Source: Pristiophorus japonicus (taxonomy: Eukaryota). Taken from it: a stretch of 64,000 nucleotides of DNA. The notes under the pieces are model-generated. The model worked only from the letters and a program-made list of their open reading frames with translations, did not search any database and was not told the origin of the DNA. Location: NCBI RefSeq assembly GCF_044704955.1, contig NC_091989.1, positions 104,966,001-105,030,000 on the forward strand, given 5' to 3'. Positions 50,671 to 64,000 of this stretch are shown here, in pieces. Position numbers and translations under genes: made by a program. How positions within the stretch are numbered: the stretch's first letter is position 1; each line of letters opens with the position of its first letter.

Positions 50671-52614
50671 TAGCTGTCGTATAAATCACACCATATCTCG
50701 TTCACCCATCACCTCTTTGCTCATTGACTTTGCCACCTGGCCTCAAACTTAAAATGCTCATCCTAATGTTCAAATCCCTCTATGGCCTTGTCCCTCCCCA
50801 TCTCTGTAACCTCCTCTATCCTACAAACCTCCAAGGTCTCTGTGCTTCTCCAACTCTGGCCTCTTGGGCATCCGCGATTTTCATCGCTCTGCCACTGGTA
50901 GCCGTGCCTTCAGCTACCTAGGCTCTAACCTCTGGAATTTCCTCCCTAAACCTCTCTCTCCTCCTTAAAACCAAACTCTTTGACCAAGCTGTTGGTCACC
51001 AGTCCTACTATCTCATGTGGCTCCATGTCAAAATTAGTTTGTTGATGTTTCTGTGAAGCGCCATGGGATATATTACTATTTTGAAGGCGCTATAGAAATG
51101 CAATTGTTGTTGTGTGTGACTGTGGGTGTATTTATGTGTGACTGTGGGTGTATTTATGTGTATCTGTGGGTGTATTTGTGTGGGTTTGCCTCCCCTTTCC
51201 AGTTGTTCTGCTCCTTTTTAAATGCTTCCCATCTGTAATTTGTTCCATTCTGATGCAGGGTTACACTTGTTCTCTAATACGCGATTGCTGTTGCTTCAGT
51301 GCGAACTTTTGCAAGCTTTCTATAAATATAGATCTCACCTTGTAGCTGATTTCTTAATTTAGCTGCGGATTTATCACAAGTGCACCCGTAGCTCGAGCTG
51401 ATGAGAAACTACAATGACTGGGAGCATCAAACTGCGCAGCGATGCTGCCAGTGACATCATGGAAACTTTCTGCGGTTAAAGTTTGTACCCGCCTCGGGAC
51501 GTGCAAGATGCACGGTGCTGGCGTTATCTCGTTTGACGTTCAAAAGAAATACAGGAAGTATAGTTTAAGCAATTTATTTGAAATCCCGCATCTCTCAACC
51601 AAACGTTTGTAAAGTTGTTCTGCGAAGTCTGTGTTTAGCAATTCCCCGGCCTGCTAATTCTGAAAACTGAAATTATCTCGCTGTCAGCTAAATGCCTATG
51701 TTAAATATGTTAACGTTAGGTATGTGCAATCTTTCTGTGAGAACGCAGTGTAGTGAACCATTTATGTTTATTTGGCGGTAATCACTATAAAATCGATAAG
51801 ATTAGGAACAATATACCGCCGTCTCAAAGTGAAATAGGATACATCAAGTGAAGGACCACTTGGAAAAATTAACGATTATTTTCAGCTGTAATAGGAGTAG
51901 TTATGTTCAGAAAGCTGTGTGCGCAGTGTCATCCAATATATTACATATATGTTCTAAGTGTGGAGATGGCCTTATTATAGAAGAAAACATCACTAGTAAA
52001 ATTAGCGAAAAATAACTTGTATTTATATAGCGCATTTCACGAACTCCTGATGTGCCAAAGCGTATTACAGCGAATTAAGTATTTTGGATGTGTAGTCACT
52101 GTTGTAATGTAGGAAAAGCAGCAGCCAATTTGCGCACAGCTAGCTCCCACAAACAGCAACATTATAATGACCAGATAATCTGTTTTGCTGAAGTTGGTTG
52201 AGGGATGAATATTGGCTAGGATACAGGCAATATGACGTGAGATTGTGCTATCAGGAACTTATCCCTCCTTTTGTGCAGACACAGTGTAAATGTAGTCCTG
52301 CAGAGTTGGTGGTGCAGCGGAGAGAGATAGGGGTGCAGGGCTGCAATTTCTGCAATAAAGGCACGGAAAGGGAAGGGAAAGGCTTTACCAAATTGTACTA
52401 ATCCCTGGAGGGAAAACCAAAGAAAAAATATTCTGGGGAATTTTACTAACTGCCCTGGGCCTATGGAGGTTATTGATATGGATGTTATTTATATGGACTT
52501 CTAGAAGGCATTCAACAAGGCTCCACTTAAGAAACTAACAAAAATGAGAGCACGTGGAATTGGAGGCAACCTATTGGGCTTTGATAGGGAATTGGTTAGG
52601 AGGTAAAAGACAGA

Positions 52615-53380
52615 GGGGCCGAAATTCAGCCTCGTGAAAAGGCCTCTTACCGCCAGAAAGTGGCAGCCAAGCAGTGGAGAGAATGGCCGCCGCCAGCGAA
52701 AGTCGCCTCGGTGGTTTTTCCAGCAATCCCCACTTCCGCCCAGCTGCTGTCAACCCTTCCTAAATGTGTCATCAAAGAGCGCACTGCCAATCTCCCACAT
52801 CTCCAGCAAAATTTACTCCAAAAATCTTTGATTTGCCGCACGGTGCCCCCGACTGATTTTTCTTTTGGTGCACCTTGCTTTCAGTGTGTGAGCCATGGCA
52901 GTGTGGCAGCCCTTCAAGGGGAGGGCGCACTGCCATGGCCACAATGGGTTTTTTTTTTGGCCAACTGCCAGGTCGGGCCGGCAATTATGACCCCGGGTTT
53001 GGCCAGGCCACCAACAGGCAGTCTGGCACCCCCTCTTGGGTGCCACATTGCTGGCCCAGCCGAAACCCTCCCTGGTGGCCCAGTGGACCAAAGTTTTAAG
53101 TTAAGGGGAAGAGCGTGGTGACACACACGCGTCATGATGTCATCACCGCTCCACTGATGATTGACAGTGGTGGCGACACCATCCGGACACCACTTCCACC
53201 CCTTTTTTTGGCGATCTGCGATTTACCGCCTGACTTCCGCCCCCATTATGGACAACTTCTGATCCATCTGTAAAAAAGAAAAAGAGCTGAATTTACCGGA
53301 AGAGGCGACCTCATCTGATGCAATGGAAAAAACACATCAGGAGCAGAAAGTGCAACCCAGTGAGGGTGAATTTTGGCCCC
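52615..53380. mobile_element. Harbinger-type MITE with 3-bp TSD, inserted in an old CR1
   Basis: TIRs GGGGCCGAAATTCA / TGAATTTTGGCCCC with AGA on both sides; CR1 RT sequence (52470-52614) resumes at 53381. Confidence 0.82.
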
Positions 53381-53557
53381 AGAGAAAAGGGACAATGGGT
53401 ATGTAGTAAAATAGGCAGGGTACGACCACTGGTGTCCCTCGGGATCTGCACTGGGCCTACAGCTTTTTGCTATATTTTGAAATTAAATACATGAAGGAAT
53501 AGAGAGCCGTACATCTAATTTTGCTGCCTGGACTATGTTCGTTGGCGCATTACATCG

Positions 53558-56500
53558 AAACATAGAAACATAGAAAATAGGTGCAGGAGCAGGCCATTCA
53601 GCCCTTCTAGCCTGCACCGCCATTCAATGAGTTCATGGCTGAACATGAAACTTCAGTACCCTCTTCCTGCTTTCACGCCATACCCCTTGATCCCCCGAGT
53701 AGTAAGGACTTCATCTAACTCCCTTTTGAATATATTTAGTGAATTGTCCTCAACTACTTTCTCTGGTAGAGAATTTCACAGGTTCACCACTCTCTGGGTG
53801 AAGAAGTTTCTCCTCATCTCAGTCCTAAATGGCTTACTCCTTATCCTTAGACTGTGATCCCTGGTTCTGGACTTCCCCAACATTGGGAACATTCTTCCTG
53901 CATCCAACCTGTCCAAACCCGTCAGAATTTTAAACGTTTTTATGAGGTCCCCTCTCACTCTTCTGAACTCCAGTGAATACAAGCCCAGTTGATCCAGTCT
54001 TTCTTGATAGGTCAGTCCCACCATCCCGGGAATCAGTCTGGTGAATCTTTGCTGCACTCCCTCAATAGCAAGAATGTTCTTCCTCAAGTTAGGAGACCAA
54101 AACTGTACACAATACTCCAAGTGTGGCCTCACCAAGGCCCTGTACAACTGTAGCAACACCTCCCTGCCCCTGTACTCAAATCCCCTCGCTATGAAGGCCA
54201 ACATGCCATTTGCTTTCTTAACCGCCTCCTGTACCTGCATGCCAACCTTCAATGACTGATGTACCATGACACCCAGGTCTCGTTGCACCTTCCCTTTTCC
54301 TAATCTGTCACCATTCAGATAATAGTCTGTCTCTCTGTTTTTACCACCAAAGTGGATAACCTCACATTTATCCACATTATACTTCATCTGCCATGCATTT
54401 GCCCACTCACCTAATCTATCCAAGTCACTCTGCAGCCTCATAGCATCCTCCTCGCAGCTCACACTGCCACCCAACTTAGTGTCATCCGCAAATTTGGAGA
54501 TACTACATTTAATCCCCTCGTCTAAATCATTAATGTACAATGTAAACAGCTGGGGCCCCAGCACAGAACCTTGCGGTACCCACTAGTCACTGCCTGCCAT
54601 TCTGAAAAGTACCCATTTACTCCTACTCTTTGATTCCTGTCTGACAACCAGTTCTCAATCCACGTCAGCACACTACCCCCAATCCCATGTGCTTTAACTT
54701 TGCACATTAATCTGCTGTGTGGGACCTTGTCGAAAGCCTTCTGAAAGTCCAAATATACCACATCAACTAGTTCTCCTTTGTCCACTTTACTGGAAACATC
54801 CTCAAAAAATTCCAGAAGATTTGTCAAGCATGATCTCCCTTTCACAAATCCATGCTGACTTGGACCTATCATGTCACCATTTTCCAAATGCGCTGCTATG
54901 ACATCCTTAATAATTGATTCCATCATTTTACCCACTACTGAGGTCAGGCTGATCGGTCTATAATTACCTGCTTTCTCTCTCCCTCCTTTTTTAGAAAGTG
55001 GGGTTACATTGGCTACCCTCCACTCGATAGGAACTGATCCAGAGTCAATGGAATGTTGGAAAATGACTGTCAATGCATCCGCTATTTCCAAGGCCACCTC
55101 CTTAAGTACTCTGGGATGCGGTCCATCAGGCCCTGGGGATTTATCGGCCTTCAATCCCATTAATTTCCCCAACACAAGTTCCCGACTAATAAAGATTTCC
55201 CTCAGTTCCTCCTCCTTACATATCCGGAAGGTTGTTTGTGTCCTCCTTAGTGAATACTGAACCAAAGTACTTGTTCAATTGGTCTGCCATTTCTTTGTTC
55301 CCCGTTATGACTTCCCCTGATTCTGACTGCAGGGGACCTACGTTTGTCTTTACTAACCTTTTTCTCTTTACATACCTATAGAAACTTTTGCAATCCGCCT
55401 CAATGTTCCCTGCAAGCTTCTTCTCGTACTCCATTTTCCCTGCCCTAATCAAACCCTTTCTCCTCCTCTGCTGAGTTCTAAATTTCTCCCAGTCCCCAGG
55501 TTCGCTGCTATTTCTGGCCAATTTGTATGCCACTTCCTTGGCTTTAATACTATCCCTGATTTCCCTAGATAGCCACGGTTGAGCCACCTTCCCTTTTTTA
55601 TTTTTATGCAAGACAGGAATGTACAATTGTTGTAATTCATCCATGCGGTCTCTAAATGTCTGCCATTGCCCATCCACAGTCAACCCCTTAAGTATCATTC
55701 GCCAATCTATCTTAGCCAATTCACGCCTCATACCTTCAAAGTTACCCTTCTTTAAGTTCTGGACCATGGTCTCTGAATTAACTGTTTCATTCTCCATCCT
55801 AATGCAGAATTCCACCATATTATGGTCACTCTTGCCCAAGGGGCCTCGCACAATGAGATTGTTAATTAATCCTCTCTCATTACACAACACCCAGTCTAAG
55901 ATGGCCTCCCCCCTAGTTGGTTCCTCGACATATTGGTCTCGAAAACCATCCCTTATGCACTCCAGGAAATCCTCCTCCACCGTATTGCTTCCAGTTTGGC
56001 TAGCCCAATCTATGTGCATATTAAAGTCACCCATTATAACTGCTCACCTTTATTGCATGCACCCCTAATTTCCTGTTTGATGCCCTCCCCACCATCACTA
56101 CTACTGTTTGGAGGTCTGTATACAACTCCCACTAACGTTTTTTTGCCCTTTAGTGTTCTGCAGCTCTACCTATATAGATTCCACATCATCCAAGCTAATG
56201 TCTTTCCTAACTATTGCATTAATCTCCTCTTTAACCAGCAATGCTACCCCACCTCCTTTTCCTTTTATTCTATCCTTCCTGAATGTTGAATACCCCTGGA
56301 TGTTGAGTTCCCAGCCCTGATCATCCTGGAGCCATGTCTCCGTAATCCCAATCACATCATATTTGTTAACATCTATTTGCACAGTTAATTCATCCACCTT
56401 ATTGCTGATACTCCTTGCATTAAGACACAAAGCCTTCAGGCTTGCTTTTTTAACACCCTTTGTCCTTTTAGAATTTTGCTGTACAGTGGCCCTTTTTGTT

Positions 56501-57596
56501 CTTTGCCTTGGGTTTCTCTGCCCTCCACTTTTCCTCATCTCCTTTCTGTCTTTTGCTTTTGCCTCATTTTTGTCTCCCTCTGTCTCCCTGCATTGGTTCC
56601 CATCCCCCTGCAATATTAGTTTAACTCCTCCCCAACAGCACTAGCAAACACTCCCCCTAGGACATTGGTTCCGGTCCTGCCCAGGTGCAGACCGTCCGGT
56701 TTGTACTGGTCCCACCTCCCCCAGAACCGGTTCCAATGCCCCAGGAATTTGAATCCCTCCCTGCTGCACCACCGCTCAAGCCACGTATTCATCTGCGCTA
56801 TCCTGCAATTCCTACTCTGACTAGCACGTGGCACTGGTAGCAATCCCGAGATTACTACTTTTGAGGTCCTACTTTTAATTTAGCTCCTAGCTCCTTAAAT
56901 TCTTTTCGTAGGACCTCATCCCTTTTTTTAGCTATGTCGTTGGTACCAATGTGCACCACGACAACTGGCTGTTCTCCCTCCCATTTCAGAATGTCCTGCA
57001 CCCGCTCCGAGACATCCTTGACCCTTGCACCAGGGAGGCAACATACCATCCTGGAGTCTCGGTTGCGGCCGCAGAAACGCCTATCTATTCCCCTCACCAT
57101 CGAATCCCCTATCACTATCGCGCTCCCAATCTTTTTCCTGCCCTCCTGTGCAGCAGAGCCAGCCATGGTGCCATGAACTTGGCTGCTACTGCCCTCCCCT
57201 GATGAGTCATTCCCCCCAACAGTACTCAAAGCAGTGTATCTGTTTTGCAGGGGGATGACCACAGGGGACCCCTGCACTATCTTTCTTGCACTGCACTTCC
57301 CGCTGATCTTCCATTCCCTATCTGGCTGTGGACCCTTCTCCTGTGGTAAGACCAACTCACTACACGTGATACTCACGTCATTCTCAGCATCGTGGATGCT
57401 CCAGAGTGAATCCACCCTCAGCTCCAATTCCGCAACGCGGACCATCAAGAGCTCGAGGCGGATACACTTCCCACACACGTAGCGCCCAGGGACACGAAGT
57501 GTCCCAGAGTTCCCACATGGTACAGGAGGAGCATATCACGTGACCGAGCTCTCCTGCCATGTCTTAACCCTTAGATACCCTTAAATTGGTAGTAAC
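53558..57596 (-). mobile_element. Near-full-length young CR1 LINE (ORF1 zinc finger plus SGNH esterase; ORF2 EN-RT), a few frameshifts
   Basis: ORF1 CGKC, IGDSMVR, HIGTND, DGLHL; ORF2 GITETW, MGDFN, YLDFQKAFD, KFADD; (CATAGAAA)n tail. Confidence 0.96.
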
Positions 57597-57619
57597 AATG
57601 TGCAGATGGGAGTAGAAAT

Positions 57620-58450
57620 CGGCAACCGTACAAAGACAGATTAGAAAGTTTGGTCAAAGGGTTTGGCTTTAAAGATGATCTTAAACTAGGAGAGGGAGTT
57701 GCAGAGGCGGAGAGGTTTATGGAGGGAATTTCAGAGCATGAGGCCTATGTGGTTGAAGGCATGGCCAGCAATGATGGAGTAATAGGAGGATGGATTCACA
57801 AGAGACCAAATTTGCAGGAATGAAGACTGCAAGAGGTGGAAGATTGCAGGGCTGCATGAAGTTACAGAGCTGTGAAGGACAATGCCATGGAGGAATTTGA
57901 ATACAAGGTTGAGAATTTAAAACTTCAGGTGTTGAGGACTGGTAGCCAATGTAAGTCAGCAAGGGCAGGGGTGGTAGGTGAGGGGGACTTGATGTGAGAT
58001 TGTTCATGGGCTGCAAAGTTTGGGAAAGCATTGAAATAATCAAGTCTGGAGGTAAAAAGACCATGAATAAGGAATTCAGGTGAGGTAAGGTGAGGTAGGG
58101 GGCATTTATACTGGAGCAACTGTGAAAGCCCATGGGGGCATCGGTACCTAGGAGGCATAGTTTAAAAATAAGGGGTCGCCCATTTAGAACGGAGATGAGG
58201 AGAAATGTCTTCTCTCGGAGGGTCATAAATCTGTGGAATTCTCTGCCGCAGAGAGCTGTGGAGGCTGAGTCATTGAATATATTTAAGGAGAAGATAGACA
58301 GATTTTTGAACGATAAGGGAGTGAAGGATTATGGGGAATGGGCAGGGACGTGAAGCTGAACCCAGGATCAGATCAGCCATGATCTTATTAAATGGCTGAG
58401 CAGGCTCAAGGGGCCAATGACATACTCCTGCTCCTATTTTTTATGTCCTT
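57620..58450. mobile_element. L2-like fragment (-, about 57620-58130) and CR1 3' end (+, about 58145-58450)
   Basis: LIHGLFTSRLDYFNA and LADLHWLPV (L2-type); RGRPFRTEMRRN (CR1). Confidence 0.72.
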
Positions 58451-59638
58451 ATGTAACACTTGTGATCATAGCTGCGGTTTGGGTTTCAGCAAGACAGTGC
58501 TCCACCAAAGAGCACGTCACCTTCCTGGCTGGAACCTTAACTTTCCTGTTTGGGAGAGAGTTCTGCACATGCCTGGATACATACAAATGCCCGGATAAAT
58601 ACAAATGCCCAGCTGCCTCAAAAATTAAAAATGTAACTGTTTGAAGAATGCAGAGGGGAGAATCCCTGCACTCCAAACATTTAAATTAAGGTCAGATATA
58701 TTAAGGGAAAATTTGATGTCGGAGGCGACCCGTGGACGTGCAAAAAATTGACACATTTTCCTGGTGGTGCGGGTGGTTCGTAGATTCGTGGTCCTGGGCC
58801 TCTCCGAGTCCACGCGGGTAGAGGCCCACGTATCCAAGGACGCAAGCTGTTTGAAAGTGCCCCTGGGATCATGTGGGCTTGCCCAACTAATAAAAGGGAA
58901 TCAGCATTCATACTTATGGGGAGTTCCGTTTGTATCAACTCGCAATAAATACGAATAGGAATCAATCACTTGAAATATATATATATATTTTTAATTACAT
59001 ATTTAAAATTAATTAAAATTCCATTTAATTAAATATAAACAAAAAAAAGGTTTTTAATTTTTAGAAATAACGGGCTAGATTTTCCACTTTTATTGCATGC
59101 ATAACGCCCACTTAACATTCATTTTAACGCTGAAATGATGTATAACGCCCAGATATCACCCATTTAGCCACAAAATGGAAACTGACACTCATTTTTCGGA
59201 CACATGAAATATATATTTTTTAAATTACATATTTAAAATTAATTAAAATTCCATTTAATTAAAAAATTAAACAAAAATTTTCATTTTTTATTTTTTTTAA
59301 TTATATGTTTTATCGGGGCTAAAAATAAACTTACCTTATTGGACAGGGTTTTAAATGTATAAATGAGTGATAAAATTTTCTCTTTCTATTTTTTAAATCT
59401 CATGATAGTAAAAGCTTTTACCATGCATAAGAATTTAAAGGGAAGTCGCTGAGCAGAAGTTGGTCAAATAGCCCAACTCTGTCCTCAAGGAGGCCCAATC
59501 CTTTCGGATGCGTACAATCAAGAGGATTCTTGACAGATCGAAAGTTCCGGGTTTCAGCGCATGAGCAGTGTATGCCTAAACCCGGAACTTGTGGGGTCGC
59601 TACTGGGCCAAGGGGCAGGATTGAACACAGCAGTAAAT

Positions 59639-62114
59639 TTACACTCCATGCAACGTCAAACTAAAGTGGTGTAAGACTACCATTTCCAGAATGTCTCACT
59701 GTTCATTCATTGTTCTGGATTTTAGTGGTTCCCTGGCTCTGGATTTACATTGGGAAATGGAAATAGTGTTCCATGGAAAACATTGGGGTGAAAATTGCGT
59801 TCGGAGGCTTCCGTCGTACGAACATCTCTGACCCAAATAAAATCTACGAAAGCACCCGGTGGTCCCGGAGGATTGTAGGATTCTCGGCAGAAGCCTTGCA
59901 GTGCACGGGGAGATGTCTTTCACGTATGTACGTACACTGGAAGCACGTGGGCCTGGACCACCAATCACTATGCAGTATTCTCATTGATAAAAATGGGAGT
60001 TCTGTTTGTACAAATTTCCATTACTATCAATGAGAAAACGCCTTAAACACAGAATAAATAAATAAAATACCTCACATATATAAAATTAATTTAAATTAAT
60101 TAAATGTTTCAGAAAAAAATACATTTTTCGGAAAAAAAATGTATGTGTTGTAATAGGGTTAAAAATAAACTTACGTTAATGGATAGGGTTAATATAAAAA
60201 TGAGAGCCAAATTTAATTATATATGTTTTAAAAGTGTTACACTGATAAAAGTAAGTTATACACCTGCTTTTACCAGGTGTAAAAATTTGAAGGACATTCG
60301 CTGGGCATGAGTTGGGCAAATAGCCCAATCTCTCCCCTGCAGATGTCCTTCTCCCATATATGCATAAGAGCTGTACGGAAAAATCGTGGCATGCACATCG
60401 CATGCCGAGAACCAGCTTTTGCGAGGCCTCGCTGAGTGCGTGCGCACTTCGCACAGACCCGGCAAGGCCGCAATTTTTGGCCCAACCTTTGCAGCTTAAT
60501 GCTGTAACACTAACCATCACCCTACAACTGATCCATCAGAATAATGTGTAACATTTAACTCTCCAACTTCCAGCAAAGATTGGTAAATTCCAAATTACCA
60601 TCAAGTTTGCAGGTTTTCAATATGCCACTGTGATGACAGAAAGAATGACTTGCATTCATATATCGCCTTATAGGCATCTTCCACCCTTCAAGATTTAGTT
60701 CGGGACCTGAAATTTTAGGTCCTTCATTGAAACACCTGAGAACTTTTTGATGTGGAAGCAAGTTATCCTCAATTCGAGGGACTGCCTATGATGATGATGA
60801 TGACTACCTCACTCATGAAATGTCCCAAAGTGTCTCACATTGATTACTTTTGAAATAGGCACATCTGGAAGCAAATTTGCACACAGCAAGAATCCACTAA
60901 CAGCAGTAGAAACAACTTGCAATTATACAGTATATTTCACAAACTGAGATGTACCAAAACCTTCACAACCAAGGAAGTACTTTCGAAGTGTTGTCATTGC
61001 TGTATTGTACATAAAGATGGCAGACAATTAGCAAACTGAAAGGTTCCACAAATAGCAATGAAATAAAAGACCAGATCATCTGCATTTAGTGGTGTTGGTT
61101 GTGGGAAGAATGTTGGCCAGGACTCCAGGAAAACTCGATATGGAATGGGATCTTTTCATCCACAGAAGAGACTGAGGTCCATGGTTCATTTTCTCATGGT
61201 CAGAACAACATCTCCAGGATTGGATGGCTTCATCAGTACTTCAGAATAAAACTGCTCAGGAATTACATTATTGCTGCAATATTAACCCTAAATTATCAAA
61301 ATAATCACAATTAAAATAAAAAGGTGAAACTCTCTAATTGTGATCCAGTTCCCTATCCTGATATTTTTAATGTATTTTTAATTTTAAATGATCCCTCTCA
61401 GATTGTGTTAAAACTGTTAGCATCTCGCCCAAGTAATCTTCTGGGGATTTAAAAACATAGCAGTGTAGAGGAAAGGAAGAGAACATTGAGTTGTCACTAC
61501 CTATCCCTTATAACCCCCAATCCTTTCACTCACCAAATAACCATTCACTGTTGTGATGCTTCTTATAGATAGGTCCGATCTAATGCTTCACAGAACAGAA
61601 AAATGCCCAACCTTTCATTTATGGCAACGGCAGTTAAGATGGTGGTGTTTGTGTTCCACATCAAGATCATTGAAAAATACCCATTGCGTATGGGGGTGAA
61701 ATGGCACCATTTGAATAAAATAAAGAACGTTTACATAGCGTCTTTCATGACCTCGGATCCTCCCAAAATGCTTTACAGCCAATTATGTACTTATGTAGTG
61801 ACTGTTTTTTTGTGATATTGGTTGAGGGATAAATATTGGGTAGGAAACCGAGAAGAACTCCCCTGCTCTTCTTCCAATAGATCTGTGGGATCCTTTCCAT
61901 CCACCTGAAAGAGCAGAGGGTGCCTCGGTTTAACGTCTCATGCAAAATAGGGCACCTCCGACAGTGCAGCACTCCCTGCACTGAAATGTCAGCCTGGATT
62001 ATGTGTTGAAGACTCTGGAGTGAGATTTAAACCCACCACCTTCTGGCTCACAGGGGAGAGTGCTACAATTGAGCCAAAGCTGACACCTTTGTGTTACAGC
62101 CATCATTTAAATCT
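59639..62114 (+). repeat. Segmental duplicate of the window start (1-906 and 6079-7161)
   Basis: Colinear similarity includes unique non-TE sequence, e.g. 6180-6680 versus 61210-61710. Confidence 0.93.
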
Positions 62115-64000
62115 CAGTTGGCCGTCGGGGTAGCAGCTCCCTAGAGAGCTCCCCTGCTAAACAGCTCCTCGGCAACTCCCACCCTCAACCTCCCCCCTCC
62201 CACTGTCTAAACTTCCCCCAGCCCTAGTAGACCCGAATAGAGGGTCCTAAAGACTTAAATCCCCATCCTAATCCCAATCCCGCGAATCCCAACTTCGGGC
62301 CTACTTCAGGTCTCCCGCCACACCACACATCGGCGACTCCTGGCTGGACCTCCTGTGGCGACGCGACTTGACTTGGGCCTCCCGGCTGGACCTCCTGCGG
62401 CGATTGGACGACTCGACACAACCTGGACCTCCAGGCTCGACCTCCTGCGGCGACTGGATGACTCGACACGACCTGGACCTCCCGGCGTGACTGGGTGGCT
62501 GGACCTGGCTATTGGCCCTCCACCTCCTCTTCCCCCCCAACCCCCCGAATCTGAGCCTTTCCTTCCCCACTGATGGCCTGGCCTCCTCTCCTCCTCCAGT
62601 ACATGTGAGTACAATGGCTGTGACCCCCCTGGCCCCCAATTCTGAACCCCACTGGCCCCCCCAATGCCTAACTTCAACCAAGCCTTGGACCACCTATCAT
62701 CAAGGGCGCTGCCCAGCGCAGAGCCTGCGGCCAACACCTCGCTGTAGGCAATTAGGCCCATAGAGCAGTGCTTTATCTCCAGCTGTCCTGGACCCACTTG
62801 CCACTGGACCAAGACCTTGCTCAACTAAGCCCATGTGGTAGCCAGCGTGCAACGATCACCCCACGTTAAAAGAAATCATGCACAGGCATCTTCCACTCTT
62901 CTAACATGAAGTTCGGGACCTGGAACGTCAGGATCCTCATGGACAACCCCAACAGCGACAGACCGGAACGCCGCACTGCCATAGTTGCCCGGGAACTTAG
63001 ACGCTTTGATAGACTTCGTAGCTCTAAGCGAGACCCGGTGGGCAGGGGAAGGCCAGCTCAAGGAACAAGGTGGAGGTTACACCTTCTTCTGGAAAGGGAG
63101 ACCAGAGGAAGAACGCCGCCTCCACGGAGTCAGTTTCACCATCAAAAAGGAGCTGGTCGACTGCCTCAAAGATTCCCCCTGTGGGGCTAACTAACGCCTC
63201 ATAACGCTTTGACTCACCCTATCCTGGAACCAGTGAGCCACAGTCATCAGTGCTTAGGCCCCAACACCCGATACAACAGATGGCCAAAGAGGGTTTTTAC
63301 TCCAACCCCTCAAAATCCCTGACCTGCATCATCGTGGGCGACAAACTGATCCTCCTAGGTGACTTCAACGCCAGGGTCGGAACGGACACAGACCTCTTAG
63401 AAGACGTGATTGCCAGAGAGGGGGTAGGGAAAGCCAACTCCAGCGGTACCCTACTCCTGACAAAATGTCTAGAGCATGAACTTGTTCTGCCAGAGGGACA
63501 AATACAAGGCATCGTGGCAACACCATCGCTCAAACCACTGGCACCTGCTTGACTATGTCATCGCCCGAGCCAGGGATCGCAAGGATGTGCGCATCACCTG
63601 TGCCACAACAGGAGCTGACGACTGCTGGACAGACCACCGCCTAATCTGATCCATCATTGACATCAACATAGCCCCAAAGCGAAGGGGGCAGCAGAAGCAG
63701 TGTCGCAAAAAAGTCAATGCCAGGGCACTTAAGGACCCAGCTAAGAGAGCCCTTTACAGTCAGGGCCTTACAGCTAACCTGGTGCGCCTTGATGACCCAG
63801 AGATGCAGAATGTCCACAGCGCTTGGTCTGCCCTCCAGGCCTCCATAACCAGTGCCTGCAAAGAGACATTCGGTCACTCAACCAGGAAACACCAGGACTG
63901 GTTTGATGAGAATGATCAGGAGATTCAAGAACTAATAGATTGCAAGCTCTGGGCATTTCTGAGCCTTAAACAGCAACCCAACTCGGGAGCAGCAAAGCAG
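62115..64000 (+). mobile_element. RTE LINE 5' part: GC-rich UTR with tandem repeats and endonuclease domain (runs off the window)
   Basis: MKFGTWNVRILMD, ALSETR, YTFFWKG, ILLGDFNARVG, HLLDYVI, CWTDHR. Begins where homology to 7161 ends. CTGGACCTCCTGCGGCGA-type repeats at 62330-62510. Confidence 0.9.

Noticed and set aside
49433-50689. Cys/Val-rich and His/Thr-rich ORFs
   Set aside because: Artefacts of (TG)n/(CA)n repeats.
62720-62760. Possible HDV-like ribozyme in the RTE 5' UTR (GCCT..ACA CCTCGC TGT AGGC)
   Set aside because: P1 and P3-like pairings exist, but P1.1, P4 and the catalytic C strand could not be placed; a covariance-model search would be needed.

Overview
Repeat-rich vertebrate genomic DNA. 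The LINE/SINE repertoire (CR1 with (TTTCTATG)n tails, DeuSINE-like SINEs, RTE, Tx1, Harbinger) suggests a cartilaginous fish (inference). One host gene is visible on the + strand: a non-rearranging antigen-receptor-like Ig-superfamily gene. It has a leader exon (16299-16353), a single-exon V domain with a germline-joined J-like motif (16537-16842), an intact C1 exon (19867-20160), a decayed second C1 exon (35221-35511) and a probable TM exon (36026-36129), placing it in the NKp30/SIRP/VJ-C1 structural class. An intron carries a young 7.1-kb endogenous retrovirus on the - strand (20831-27943) with a 5-bp TSD, a tRNA-Ser PBS and near-identical LTRs. Its pol contains a 2H-phosphoesterase-like insert, it has a small Vpu-like ORF before env, and its env is not gamma-type. 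The start (1-7161) and end (59639-62114) of the window are paralogous, implying a tandem unit of about 55-60 kb and probably a receptor gene array. The rest is a decayed Harbinger transposon, its MITEs, and many nested LINE/SINE fragments. Most ORFs in the track are TE-derived or antisense shadows. Coordinates of old TE fragments are approximate.
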